DNA of 64,000 bases, taken from Octopus vulgaris (taxonomy: Eukaryota). The notes under the pieces were generated by a model. It saw only the letters and a program-made list of their open reading frames with translations. It ran no database searches and was not told the origin of the DNA. Shown here one piece after another: positions 42,999 to 55,777 of this stretch. The position numbers were made by a program, and so were the translations under genes. Positions within the stretch are counted from its first letter, which is position 1, and each line of letters starts with the position of its first letter. The DNA is taken from positions 24,366,001 to 24,430,000 of the forward strand of contig OX597830.1 of the NCBI GenBank assembly GCA_951406725.2, given 5' to 3'.

Positions 42999-43539
42999 AA
43001 CAAACGTTTTAAAAATATTATCAAAAATTAAAGATTTTAGCCTAGAAAAGTAACACAGATCGAGGAAGATACTATTGTTTATGCCACGATAATATTTCAG
43101 CCATGAATAAACGATCATTCATTATGTATCTGTGAGACTATTTAAGGCAGTTTTGTCTCTTTTATCTCAGTAGCTGTGATTTCAAGGAGATTTGGCTGTT
43201 ATTTCAGTGCAAACATGACCACGTAGAGGCGTCATCGATGTCTGGTTTAGTCAATAGAATTTACATAAGGTTTGTGCCTTTAATAGAAATGATTATTAAT
43301 TTATCTGTTAAGGAAGCGAGTTGGCAGAATCGATAAATGTGACCTTTCTTTTCTATTTCATATTTGTGTTTATTATGAAAGCAACATTTATTCATGCCAT
43401 TTCGTAAATGTGGCATTTAAACATGTGATATTTAAGCATGTAGCATTATATTGTGAAATGACGAATGTAAGTGATATTTATTATATTTCATGGTCTACAT
43501 TTAAATAATATCAGCTTCGTTATTATTTTATCAGGTTTG

Positions 43540-44092
43540 GGTGGCGAGCTGGCAGAATCGTTAGCACGCCGGGCAAAATGCTTTGTTTCATTTCATTTGT
43601 TTTCATGTTCTGGGTTCAAATATCGCTTAGTTTGACTTTGCCTTTCACCTTTTCGGTGTCAATAAAATAAAGACCAGCTGAGCAATGGAGTCGACGTAAT
43701 CGACTAGAGTCTAGGCTGGCCAACCTGCGAGCTGCATGCGCCCCCCGGACTTTTATCTTGCAGCCCGCTTCATACTTGCTTGAAATGGGTTTATTTAAAC
43801 AAACGTTTTAAAAATATTATCAAAAATTAAAGATTTTAACGAAAAGTCAAAAAAGAAAGATACTACTGTTTATGCAACGATAATATTTCATGTTGAATCA
43901 ACGATCATTCATTTATTATTGTAATAATAGCATGGGAAAGCAAAATACTTTCAATTCTGTCAGTATACAAGCGGCCCTCAAAACACTTTCTGTGATTAAA
44001 GTGGCCCACAAAGTAATTCGAGTTGGCCAAGCCTGGACTAGATCCTCCCAACAAAATGTCAGGCCTTGTGCTTTTAATAGAAATTATTATTA
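43540..44092 (+). mobile_element. SINE family B interrupted by a hAT MITE
   Basis: Body ends ...ATCGACTAGAG at 43709; tail resumes GACTAGATCCTCCC...AGGCCTTGTGC at 44036. Confidence 0.8.
43710..44035. mobile_element. hAT (Charlie-like) MITE
   Basis: TIRs AGGCTGGCCAAC / GTTGGCCAAGCCTG; 8-bp TSD GACTAGAG / GACTAGAT. Confidence 0.8.
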
Positions 44093-44361
44093 ATTTATCT
44101 GTTAAGGAAGCGAGTTGGCAGAATCGTTAGCCCTCCGGACAAAATATTTAGGGTATTTCGTCTGTCTTGACCACTACTACTACTATTACCACCACCACAA
44201 CCACAAATACTACCACTACTACAACTACTACTACTAGAACTACTACTGCTGCTGCTATTACCCTTGAACTCAGAACGGGAAAACGAGCGAAATGCTGCGA
44301 AGCATTTAGTCTGACACGGTAGCGATTCTGCCAGCTCAACGCCTCAGAATAATTCTAAGAT

Positions 44362-44583
44362 CGGTTTCAAATTTTGGCACGAGGCTGCCAATTTCGGGAG
44401 AGGTGGGGCTAAGTCGATTACATCGTTTCCCCAGAGCTCCACTGGTACTTATTTTATCGACTCCGAAACGATGAAATGGGCTAAGTCAATCCCGGCGGCA
44501 TTTGAACTCAGAACGTAATGTCGGAAGAGATGCCGCTAAGCGTTCTGTCCGGCGCCGTAACGATTCTGCCATCTTGCCACCTT
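44362..44583 (-). mobile_element. SINE family B, third tail type
   Basis: Consensus body (reverse complement); tail CCCGAAATTGGCAGCCTCGTGCCAAAATTTGAAACC. Confidence 0.78.
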
Positions 44584-44982
44584 TAATAGAAGTCTTCTCT
44601 TGATTAAGTTATATTAACAGAATAAGAACCTATTGTTGTTGTCGTTGTTCTTGTCGTCGTCGTTGTAGTAGTAATATTAGTAGTGGTGGCGGCGGCGATG
44701 GTGGTGGTAGAATTTGTTGTTGTTGTTGTAGTGGTGTTGGTATTGTCATTGTTTAGCGAAGTAAATCTTGTCATTCTAGTCTGTTGTTGTTGTGGGGTTT
44801 TTGTTGTTTTTTTTTGTTTTGTTTTGTTTTTTTTATAAATTTCAGTTCTTTCATACTCTCGTTATTTCATGGCGGATAAAATGAATAAATCAATAAAACA
44901 ATAAATAACAAAATAAAACAGTAAATATAACAAAAAAGAAAGAAAGAAAAAAAAAGAAAGGAAGAAAGAAAGAAAGAAAAAA

Positions 44983-45038
<56 letters not shown>

Positions 45039-45477
45039 AGACACCACTTCTAACGTTGTCAAATCTATTTCCTAGCAAGCCACATATTGTCGAAGATTCT
45101 GTCAAAAGAAAGAAAATTTGTAAGATAATATGGCCATAATTGATATATTTCTTTGACAAGTTTAATTAGGAAGTTCTTAAAAAAAGAAAAAGAGAAAGAA
45201 ACAGCAACTGCTCTACTGTCTGTCTTATCAGTGAAAAGTAGACGAGGATTTGGGAAGAATTAAAACGCATTGTCGTGTAATGAACGTTAATAAGTTGGTC
45301 AATATGGCTGGTACAAAAACTGGAGAGATACGTTCACATAAATAAAATATGAAACAGCAGTTAACGATATTAATTTATTGTGAAGAATTTTCGCAGATGG
45401 ATCGCTTGAATTTCCTGGATCGAACTTTATATTTCGATTCTATTTGGAATCATGTGTGTGTGTGTGTGTGTGTGTGT

Positions 45478-45640
45478 GCAGGCGTGGCTGTGTGGTAAGG
45501 AGCTTGCTTCCCAACCACATGGTTTGGGTTTCAGTCCCACTGCGTGGCACCTAGGGCAAGTGTCTTCTACTATAGCCTCGGGCCGACCAAAGCTTTGTGA
45601 GTGGATTCGGTAGACGGAACCCGAAAGAAGCCCGTCGTGC
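45478..45640 (+). mobile_element. SINE family A 5' half
   Basis: Consensus match, ending at the internal (TA)n. Confidence 0.88.
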
Positions 45641-45665
45641 ATATATATATATATATATATATATA

Positions 45666-45996
45666 TGGCTCAGTGGTTAGAGCGTCGAGCTTACGATCGT
45701 GAGGTTGTGAGCTCGAATCCCGGACCGGGCTGCGTGTTGTGTTCTTGAGCAAGGCACTTTATTTCACGTTGCTCCAGTTCACTCAACTGTAGAAATGAGT
45801 TGCGACGTCACAGGTGCCAAGCTGTATCGGCCTTTGTCTTTCCCTTGGATAACACTGGTGGCGTGGAGAGGAGGCTGGTATGCATGGGCGACTGCTGGCC
45901 TTCCATAAACAACCTTGCCCGGACTTGTGTCTAGGAGGGTAACTTTCTAGGTGCAATCCCATGGTCATTCATGACCGAAGGGGGTCTTTACCCTTT
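45666..45996 (+). mobile_element. SINE family C, full length, CTTTACC tail
   Basis: TGGCTCAGTGG A-box, GCTCGAATCC B-box-like, shared body. Confidence 0.88.
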
Positions 45997-46010
45997 ATAT
46001 ATATATATAT

Positions 46011-46419
46011 AGGCGCAGGAGTGGGTGTGTGGTAAGTAGCTTCCTTACCAACCACATGGTTCCGGGTTCAGTCCCACTGCGTGGCACTTTGGTCAAGTGT
46101 CTTCTACTATAGCCTCGGGCCGACCAAAGCCTTGTGAGTAGATTTGGTAGACGGAAACTGAAAGAAGCCCGTCGTATATATGTATATATATATGTGTGTG
46201 TGTGTGTATGTTTGTGTGTCTGTGTTTGTTCCCCTAGCATTGCTTGACTACCGATGCTGGTGTGTTTACATCCCCGTAACTTAGCGGATCGGCAATAGGT
46301 TCCGATAGAATAAGTACTAGGCTTACAAAGAATAAGTCCTGGGGTTGATTTGCTCGACTAAAGGCGGTGCTCCAGCATGGCCACAGTCAAATGACTGAAA
46401 CAAGCAAAAGAGTAAAGAG

Positions 46420-46420
<1 letters not shown>
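46011..46420 (+). mobile_element. SINE family A, full length
   Basis: Consensus match. Confidence 0.92.
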
Positions 46421-46472
<52 letters not shown>

Positions 46473-46487
46473 GTGTGTGTATATATG

Positions 46488-46518
<31 letters not shown>

Positions 46519-46627
46519 TTGTCCCCAACCATCGTTCGGCAACCGATGTTGATGTGTAACTTAGTCCCTGTAAATTAGTGGTTCGGCAAAAGAGACCCAT
46601 AGAATAAGGTACCAGGCTTACAAAGAA

Positions 46628-46795
46628 TTTTGTATTAGTTTGTATCGGATTTTGTCTTTTCGACTTTTTCAACTAAGAGTAAAACAAAGGTGGGTATTAA
46701 TTAAGAAGAAAAACAATTATATTGAAGAAAAAATTAAATTAAATCTTTTGTAAATATTTCCTTACTCTTCAAATAGATGAGACATTTCCTTTTTA

Positions 46796-46868
<73 letters not shown>

Positions 46869-47120
46869 TTTGTGAAGGCTCGTAAGTCAGGCAGTAGCAG
46901 ATCTGCTACAACCTACCTTACGAGCCTTCACAAAGGAATAGAGAGAGCTTGAAAAAAGGAAAATGTCCTAACTATTTGAAGACTGTGGAAATATTTACAA
47001 AACATGTCATTTAATTTTTTCTTCAATTTAATTGCTTTTCTTCTTAATTAATACCAACCTTTGTTTTACTCTTAGTTGAAAAAGTCGGAAAGACAAAAAC
47101 CGTTACTGAACAATACAAAA
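46628..47120. mobile_element. Palindromic foldback element (MITE-like)
   Basis: Arms mirror each other around GTAGCAGATCTGCTAC; (TC)n is expanded in the left arm only. Confidence 0.8.
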
Positions 47121-47196
47121 TGTATTTCATGATAGAGTTATTTTAGCATTTTCTACCTTGTTTTATTTTCCTTACACACATTTATATATATATACG

Positions 47197-47591
47197 ACTA
47201 GGGTCATGATTATGGGTGACGATTTCATATGACACCGCTACAAAAAACTGCCGGTCAAACCGAAAAGATCCCTTGTATTTTTTGATAAAAGAACTTTCTT
47301 TATTAATTCTGGGGGTATTGTCTGCACATTGAAAATAGTTTAATTTTAGGGCATATAAATCCCGATAACGGACAAAAATGGGTATTAATTCACATGGGAA
47401 CTGACCCACAGTGTTATTTTTGTGCCAAAATTTTGCGGAAAAAAGGGGTTAGTATTTTGGTGTAATCGGTCAGAACACTTATCGCAAAAATAAGAAGTGT
47501 GGGTTCGATTCCCACTCGTATTAATGCCCATTTTTTCCCGTTAGTGGGGGCTTATATGTTCTAATATTAGAGCACTGTTGAAAGCTCATGA

Positions 47592-47669
<78 letters not shown>

Positions 47670-48073
47670 TCAAGGCGGCGATCTGGAAGAATCATTAGCG
47701 CGCGGTTTTTCGCCCGTCGCTACGTACTGAGTTCAAATTCCGCCGAGGTCGACTTTATCTTTCATCCTTTTGGGTGTCGATAAAATAAGTACCAGTTGAA
47801 CATTGGGGGCGATGTAATCGACTTATCCCCCTCCCCAAAATTGCTGCCGTTATGGCAATATTTAAAACCATTATTATTATTAATATTATATACTCCAGGC
47901 ATTCTTTACAGTCCTGCATAGAGCACACGAAATTACCGATCGGAAGAATTCACGGAGTGAATAAAAACTAACTGTAGACACACGCGTTGGATACTGATCG
48001 TTGTGGTTAACTGTTAACTGGGAATCAGCTGAGAGCTAATGCGGTATACAACCGGGTAATATATCCCTCCAAA

Positions 48074-48112
<39 letters not shown>

Positions 48113-48431
48113 AACGCGTGTGTCTACAGTTAGTTTTTATTCACTCCGTGAATTCTTCCGATCGGTAATTTCGTGTGCTCTATGCAGGACTGTAAAGAAT
48201 GCCTGGAGTATATAATATTAATAATAATAATGGTTTTAAATATTGCCATAAGGGCAGCAATTTTGGGGGAGGGGATAAGTCGATTACATCGCCCCCAATG
48301 TTCAACTGGTACTTATTTTATCGACACCCAAAAGGATGAAAGATAAAGTCGACCTCGGCGGAATTTGAACTCAGTACGTAGCGACGGGCGAAAAACCGCG
48401 CGCTAATGATTCTTCCAGATCGCCGCCTTGA

Positions 48432-48494
<63 letters not shown>

Positions 48495-48875
48495 GAATTA
48501 TGAGCCTTCAACAGTGCTCTAATATTAGAACATATAAGCCCCCACTAACGGGAAAAAATGGGCATTAATACGAGTGGGAATCGAACCCAAACTTATTTTT
48601 GCGATAAGTGTTCTGACCGATTACACCAAGATACTAACCCCTTTTTTCCGCAAAATTTTGGCACAGAAATAACACTGTGGGTCAGTGCCCATGTGAATTA
48701 ATACCCATTTGTCCGTTATAGGGATTTATATGCCCTAAAATTAAACTATTTTCAATGTGCAGACAATACCCCCAGAATTAATAAGGAAAGTTCTTTTATC
48801 AAAAAATACAAGGGATCTTTTCGGTTTTTTGTAGCGGTATCATATGAAATTGTCACCCATAATTATGACCCTAGT
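47197..48875. repeat. Long inverted duplication (arms ~47197-47991 and ~48110-48875), each arm containing a SINE B copy
   Basis: Reverse-complement colinearity read by eye along both arms. Confidence 0.92.
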
Positions 48876-49256
48876 ATTGATCTATTGCATTTCAATCTGT
48901 TTTAGGGTTAGGGTTAGAGTTAGGGTTAGTTAGGATTAGTTAGGGTTGGGATGGGGTGGAAGTAAGGGTATCTTTTTTTCTTCAGAAATGTAAATAAACC
49001 CAATCTGTTTCTTAAACTAGGGACATATTCATACGGCACAGAATGCGTTCACCTCAATAGACGTCATTGATTGGTTGAAATTGCAGAAATTGAAGAAAGA
49101 AAAAACAACAACTATCTTACAAACTATAAAATTTTCTCAATAAAGCCAAGAGAAAAAGATGTTTTATAAACACATTCTACCAGTATACGAAGTTTAAAAG
49201 TGTTTAGTTACGTGGAAATTATTTAAAAAAAACTGCCGGTCAAACCGAAAAGATCC
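48813..49256. mobile_element. Merlin-like MITE with internal TTAGGG repeats
   Basis: TIR GGATCTTTTCGGTTT / AAACCGAAAAGATCC; 8-bp TSD AATACAAG at 48805-48812 and 49257-49264. Confidence 0.85.
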
Positions 49257-49990
49257 AATACAAGCCACAGCTGAAGAAGCTATAAAAACATCGGTTCTCC
49301 TTTTCCTATGAGTTAATTATTGTCGAATGTCTCCTTGTGTTCGTTCTTACGCAAATTAAATCCATGTAGCAGCTATCATCTTCCTAATTTACTCTACACC
49401 TCGTTATCTTATTTGTTAGCAAAGAACGGATATGTTCTAACATATACCTTCTTTGTTAACAACGTGTGGAGTAAGTAAGATAGCATGTTTCAACATGTTC
49501 AATGGGAGTGAACTAGATCCACTTGATAACATTATTCTTCGACAGAATGATATACAATAATTGGCTAAAACACTTTTATATAATTATTATATCATTTATT
49601 TATTTATATCTCTGTTTTCTAATTGCCATATGGCATATTCAATGGAAAAATGCTTTTATGTGACTTATCTTACGCGACTGCTATATAAACTTAATACATG
49701 AACGTTGACCAACCAATTTGTAGGTTAGCGGATAGCGTTATGAGCAACATTCCTACTTCAAGAACAAACTGGCCTTACAACAACAACAACCAAAATAGAC
49801 ACAATTTGTGGCACAGCTTCATATTCTATATACTTCCGAAAATCTAATGTGAAGCCTATAAAGTGTATTCCAATATTTTAAAATATATAATTAAATTCTA
49901 AACAATTCTTATTTATCCTGTTTGCATTTTCAACTTCATTTCTTTTCCTCCGCTTGTCTTGATTAATAAGTTTATATATACAAGTGATAT

Positions 49991-50049
<59 letters not shown>

Positions 50050-50052
<3 letters not shown>

Positions 50053-50201
50053 CGCAGGAGTGGCAGTGTAGTAAGTAGCTTGCTTACCAACCACATGGTT
50101 CCGGGTTCAGTCCCACTGCGTGGCATCTTGGGCAAGTGTCTTCTACTATACCCTCTATGTGAGTAGATTTGGTAGACGGAAACTGAAAGAAACCCGTCGT
50201 A

Positions 50202-50256
<55 letters not shown>

Positions 50257-50448
50257 ATATGTTTGTGTGTCTTGACAACCGATGCTGGTGTGTTTACGTC
50301 GCCGTCACTTAGCAGTTCGGCAAAAGAGACCGATAGAGTAAGTACTGGGCTTACAAAGAATAAGTCACGGGGTCGATTTGCTCGACTAAAGGTGGTGCTC
50401 CAGCATGGCCGCAGTCAAATGACTGAAACAAGTAAAAGAGTAAAAGAG
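50050..50448 (+). mobile_element. SINE family A, full length
   Basis: Consensus match. Confidence 0.9.
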
Positions 50449-50685
50449 AATATATATATATATATATACATACTATTTGTAAACAAACGTCGACGGCTTT
50501 GTAATTTACGGAGAGATACTATGGAAGACTCATAGAATAATAATAACTATATAATGGTATATCGTAATATTTTATTTTCCGGTTTGAAGCGACAATTTTT
50601 GAATACAAATGACTGAAAAATGAGCTAACCCCAGCCAGAATCGAACCCACAAATCAACGCTAACACGTATATTATTGTACAGTCA

Positions 50686-51315
50686 TATACATACAAACAT
50701 ACATGCATACATACATACAAACATACATGCATACATACATACATACATACATACATACATACATACATACAGAATACATACATACATGCATACATACATA
50801 CATACATACATACAAACATACAAACATACATGCATACATACATACATACATACATACATACATGCATGCATGCATGCATACATACATACATACATACATA
50901 CATACATACATACATGCATACATACATACATACATACATGCATGCATACATACATACATACATACATACAGAATACATACATACATGCATACATACATAC
51001 ATACATACATACATACATACAAACATACAAACATACATGCATACATACATACATACATACATACATACATACATACATACATACATACATGCATGCATGC
51101 ATACATACATACATACATACATACATACATACATACATACATACATACATACATACATTCATACATACATACATACATACATTCATACATACATACATAC
51201 ATACATTCATACATACATACATACATACATACATACATACATACATACATACATTCATACATTCATACATACATACATACATACATTCATACATTCATAC
51301 ATACATACATACATA
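50686..51315. repeat. (CATA)n array with variant units
   Basis: Direct reading. Confidence 0.95.
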
Positions 51316-52165
51316 CAGTGTGGTCTAAATATGAGTTACATGACAAAATGACAAATGGCCCGAATTTAAAACACCATATGTATTCCTATATATCCAAGTG
51401 GAAACTATGAGGATGACTCGTATTATAGACTGGGTTTGATTTGGTTGGATTCTACAGTTATGTTGGCCACGGAGTACAGACAGGAAACAAGCCGAAACGG
51501 GAGGGATTTTTTTGTTTTTTGTTTTTTTTCTAGGAACAAACACTCCTGTTTTGCTGTATATATCACAAACCAAACCACGCATAAAACGTTGATTGAGATT
51601 GCGCCTTATACAAAATGTATATGCCATGAATGTGGCAAGGTTCACCTATCAGCGGGGATTCAAAATGATACATGAAAGTGCATCATGATCAACAAGTGGC
51701 TCCTATTGTCGTTGCAGGGGACATTCATGTATGGAATATTTGTGTCAAAGAATGTAGATCACTTGCTGAATCATACACAATAAATAATAATCATCTCCCC
51801 TTGATATGCAACAACACCACCAGAGGGCAGTGAAGTTCACTTCCACGTCTACACTAATGAGTGAGGGCTAAGAAGAAACAGTATCAGTTCACACCGTCGT
51901 CTTGTTTTACTTCGTTCACTGAAATATAACCTGACAGAACGCATTGGACGTAAGTCTGATAGTATTTAAAAAGCAAATAATCGATTTTAAACAAACGAAC
52001 TTACAAAAATATTTTTTTGTTCTTATCTGGCAACTCTCTCTTACTCTCCCTATATATATATATATATATATATATACATAATAATAAATATTAGGGAATA
52101 AATCCAAATTTACAGGGAAAAAATCAGATTTAGGATTAAATCCAATCTTATAGTAAAATATTATA

Positions 52166-52400
52166 TAATATTAATTCGAGACAAAGCCACTATTTTGCAA
52201 AACAAACAAGGAAAGACTTAATCAATACATAAAAATTTTAATATAAAATAAATAAACCGCCACTACAATCGTTTCATGTCATTTGAAGATTGAAACGATT
52301 GTAGTGGCGGTTTATTTATTTTATATTAAAATTTTTATGTATTGATTAAGTCTTTCCTTGTTTGTTTTGCAAAATAGTGGTTTTGTCTCGAATTAATATT
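52166..52400. repeat. Near-perfect palindrome (~110-bp arms)
   Basis: ...CCGCCACTACAATCGTTTCA [14 nt] TGAAACGATTGTAGTGGCGG... Confidence 0.92.
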
Positions 52401-52558
52401 ATATATATATACATATATATAATGAGAGGTAATGGTGTCAAGAAGACCCAAAGGTGTTAGGTAATGGTGAGTAAGTGCTATGGACAGACTATAGTTAAGC
52501 TTCAGGTTCGAATGAGGTGTCCAACGTAGGTCATATATTAGCATGCATATATATATAT

Positions 52559-52855
52559 AAAATTAACAGAATGAGATAAAAATTCAAGGCTGTGAAAGAT
52601 TTCAGAACATTTATGAAGAGAAGGTCTTACAGCTGTTTCCGGGATATTTTATACATTCCTTCATCGAAGACAGTGCTAGAAAATGGTTAAGCAATGGTTA
52701 TTCTAGAGAAGATGCTTAACTATTGCTTAACCATTTTCTCACACCGTCTCAGACGAAGGGATATATAAAATATCCCGGAAACAGCCGTAAGACCTCTTTA
52801 TAAATGTTCTGAAATCTTTCACAGCCATGAATTTTTATCTCGTTCTGTTAATTTT
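52559..52855. mobile_element. Palindromic unit with a hammerhead-like motif in each arm (probable Penelope-like inverted terminal repeats)
   Basis: Arms mirror each other; motifs at 52624-52671 (-) and 52746-52793 (+). Confidence 0.75.
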
Positions 52856-52914
52856 ATGTATGTATGTATGTATGTATGTATGTATGTATGTATGTATGTA
52901 TTTATGTATGTATG

Positions 52915-53225
<311 letters not shown>

Positions 53226-53238
53226 TATATATATATAT

Positions 53239-53390
53239 ACAACTTATAGATAAGAGCAAACGAAAAACTGTCCAATGCCAAATATGCCGAAATTGTGTAT
53301 TATGAAAAATTATATGGTTATGGACAATATGTCCAATTTCGGCATATTTAGCATTGTAATTTTTTTCGTTTGCCCTTATTTATAAGTTGT
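53239..53390. repeat. Imperfect inverted repeat
   Basis: ACAACTTATA..GCAAACGAAAAA..AATATGCCGAAATTG / CAATTTCGGCATATT..TTTTTCGTTTGC..TATAAGTTGT. Confidence 0.8.
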
Positions 53391-53478
53391 TTATAAATTT
53401 AACCTTTAGAGGTATTTTTTAATATGCTGGCCATTGATAAAAATTTTTTCGAAAAAAATGTATCCTACATTAAATATA

Positions 53479-53587
<109 letters not shown>

Positions 53588-53669
53588 TTAAGTTACATTA
53601 AATGGATTCAACTAATCAGGAGGTACTTATAAAAAAAGCTCCTTAATGTCTCATCCTGCAAATCATATA

Positions 53670-54357
53670 AACGAGAGAAAATATAGTATGATAAAATTTA
53701 TTTAACCATTGGAAATTCTTATTTGACGAGAAATGTTTTACAACTTAATAAAACATATATGAATAATTCATTTTATTATATCTGTAATAAGTAATGAATT
53801 ATTTGCATGTCTGCATTAATATAAATAATCTTTTAATTAATGTAGATATTAATCTAGCTCTTCAGGTTACAAGAAATCCATGTTAAAAAATAATCCCTCG
53901 ACATAATATTTCAAGAATGAAAATCAATATTTAATAAAAAAACAACTTAGAAAATATGGAAAGCAATAAGAATAACATTAGTAGATATTAATAAGACAGT
54001 TTTCTAAAGAAGTGAAGGGAAAAATTAGTAAGATATTAAAAAGTAACTAGTAAATAATTTTTGTATAAGAGAAGGAAAATGATATATTTATCATTAATAA
54101 CATAGAAAATTAAAGATTGTAAAGATAGAGAGAATATAATAATGATAATGATATAATAATGAAGTGATACTAAATAAAGGTTCTTAGAGACAATGTTTAT
54201 GAAATATAGGGATTGATATCAACAGCAGAAATAAGTAAAATATTAAATTAGAAATTAGAAGTTCAAAGATAAAAGTAATTTTTTTTTTTAAATTGAAATT
54301 GTTGAATAAGAATTTCCAATGGTTAATTAAATCTTATCATTGTATATTTCTCTCGTT
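53670..54357. repeat. AT-rich unit bounded by ~58-bp inverted repeats
   Basis: AACGAGAGAAA...TAACCATTGGAAATTCTTATT (53670-53727) is mirrored at 54300-54357. Confidence 0.75.
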
Positions 54358-54455
54358 ATTAATAACTTAATATACATATATATACATACATAACACACAC
54401 ACACACACGCATATATATACATAGATTTGTAATATTTGTGTGTATACATATATTA

Positions 54456-54496
<41 letters not shown>

Positions 54497-54579
54497 CTTG
54501 TGCCTCAGAGGGTAACTCTCTAGGTGCAAACCCATGATCAGTGTCTGACCGAAGGGGGTCATAAATATATATACATATA

Positions 54580-54643
<64 letters not shown>

Positions 54644-54987
54644 GTACTTAATTAGCAAGTAGTGATTTGTTCCGTGACGGTGCGTTGAAATAAAAAAAAA
54701 ATTAGAGCGTGTAAGACTGACATGAACCATCCAAGACAAGAATCTCCTTGCTATTCACGTATTTCCAGCATGTCTTCCTACATTTCCGCTTGCAGATATT
54801 CAAGATGAACATCACATCAACCGCATTAACCTTACTAATCCCCGAGAGACTGCGAATGTCATCGTTACAGTTCTTTATTTTATCAGCATCGAAATCTTTA
54901 AAAAGTATAGCCTAACCACGGTGGTTTCACACAGAGCCATCCAATGAAAGCAAACACCTTTTGCATTCAGATTACGGTGTCAAATGC

Positions 54988-55221
54988 AAAGGCGGCGAGC
55001 TAGCAGAAGCGTTAGCACACCGGGCGAAATGCTTTGCGGTACTTCGTCTGCCGTTACGTTGTGAGTTCAAATTCCGCCTAGGTCGACTTTGCCTTTCATC
55101 CTTTCGGGGTCGATAAATTAAGTACCAGTTACGCACTGGGGTCGATGTAATCGACATAATACCTATGTCTGTCCTTGTTTGTCCCCTCTATGTTTAGCCC
55201 CTTGTGAGCAATAAAGAAATA
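54988..55221 (+). mobile_element. SINE family B with Tx1-type tail and probable TSD
   Basis: Full length; GGTGTCAAATGCAA is present on both sides (~54976-54989 and ~55222-55235). Confidence 0.92.
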
Positions 55222-55731
55222 GGTGTCAAATGCAATGCTCTTTCGTTCGCATTGCTTTGAATTAATCGTGCATTACTTTGTAGCTTCAAGATTTCAATGA
55301 TGTGTTTATTTGTTTTTAGAATGACATTGGACGATAGATATGAGAGACCAGATCTGATTCATTGAGCATAATAAATACTGGCAGTCAGTTGGCTATTGTA
55401 AAAGACACATACCCAAAGTACCACACAGTGGGACTGAACCATTTGGTTGAGAAGCAAACTTCTTACGACACAGACTAAGTCAGCATTATTTAATAAATCC
55501 TTTATCTAACATATATTTATTCTGTAAATCAATATTATTCCATTTGTCATCCAATATGTAACTTATTCTGTTAATTAATATTGTTCAGTAAATCGTTAAT
55601 TCGATATTTGTAGATGTGTATGTATGTGTGCTTATGTACATGTGTGTGTGTTCGTGTGTGTGTGTGTGTGTGTACGAATGTAAGTATGTAGGCATCTACT
55701 TTTGTATGTGTGTATGCATATTTGTATGTAT

Positions 55732-55777
<46 letters not shown>

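Noticed and set aside
45666-45735. tRNA-like sequences (also at 12920, 17100, 26480 and 47500)
   Set aside because: A/B boxes belong to SINE heads or fragments; no complete cloverleaf seen
48902-48950. TTAGGG repeats as a chromosome end or fusion site
   Set aside because: Short, degenerate and inside a TIR/TSD-bounded element
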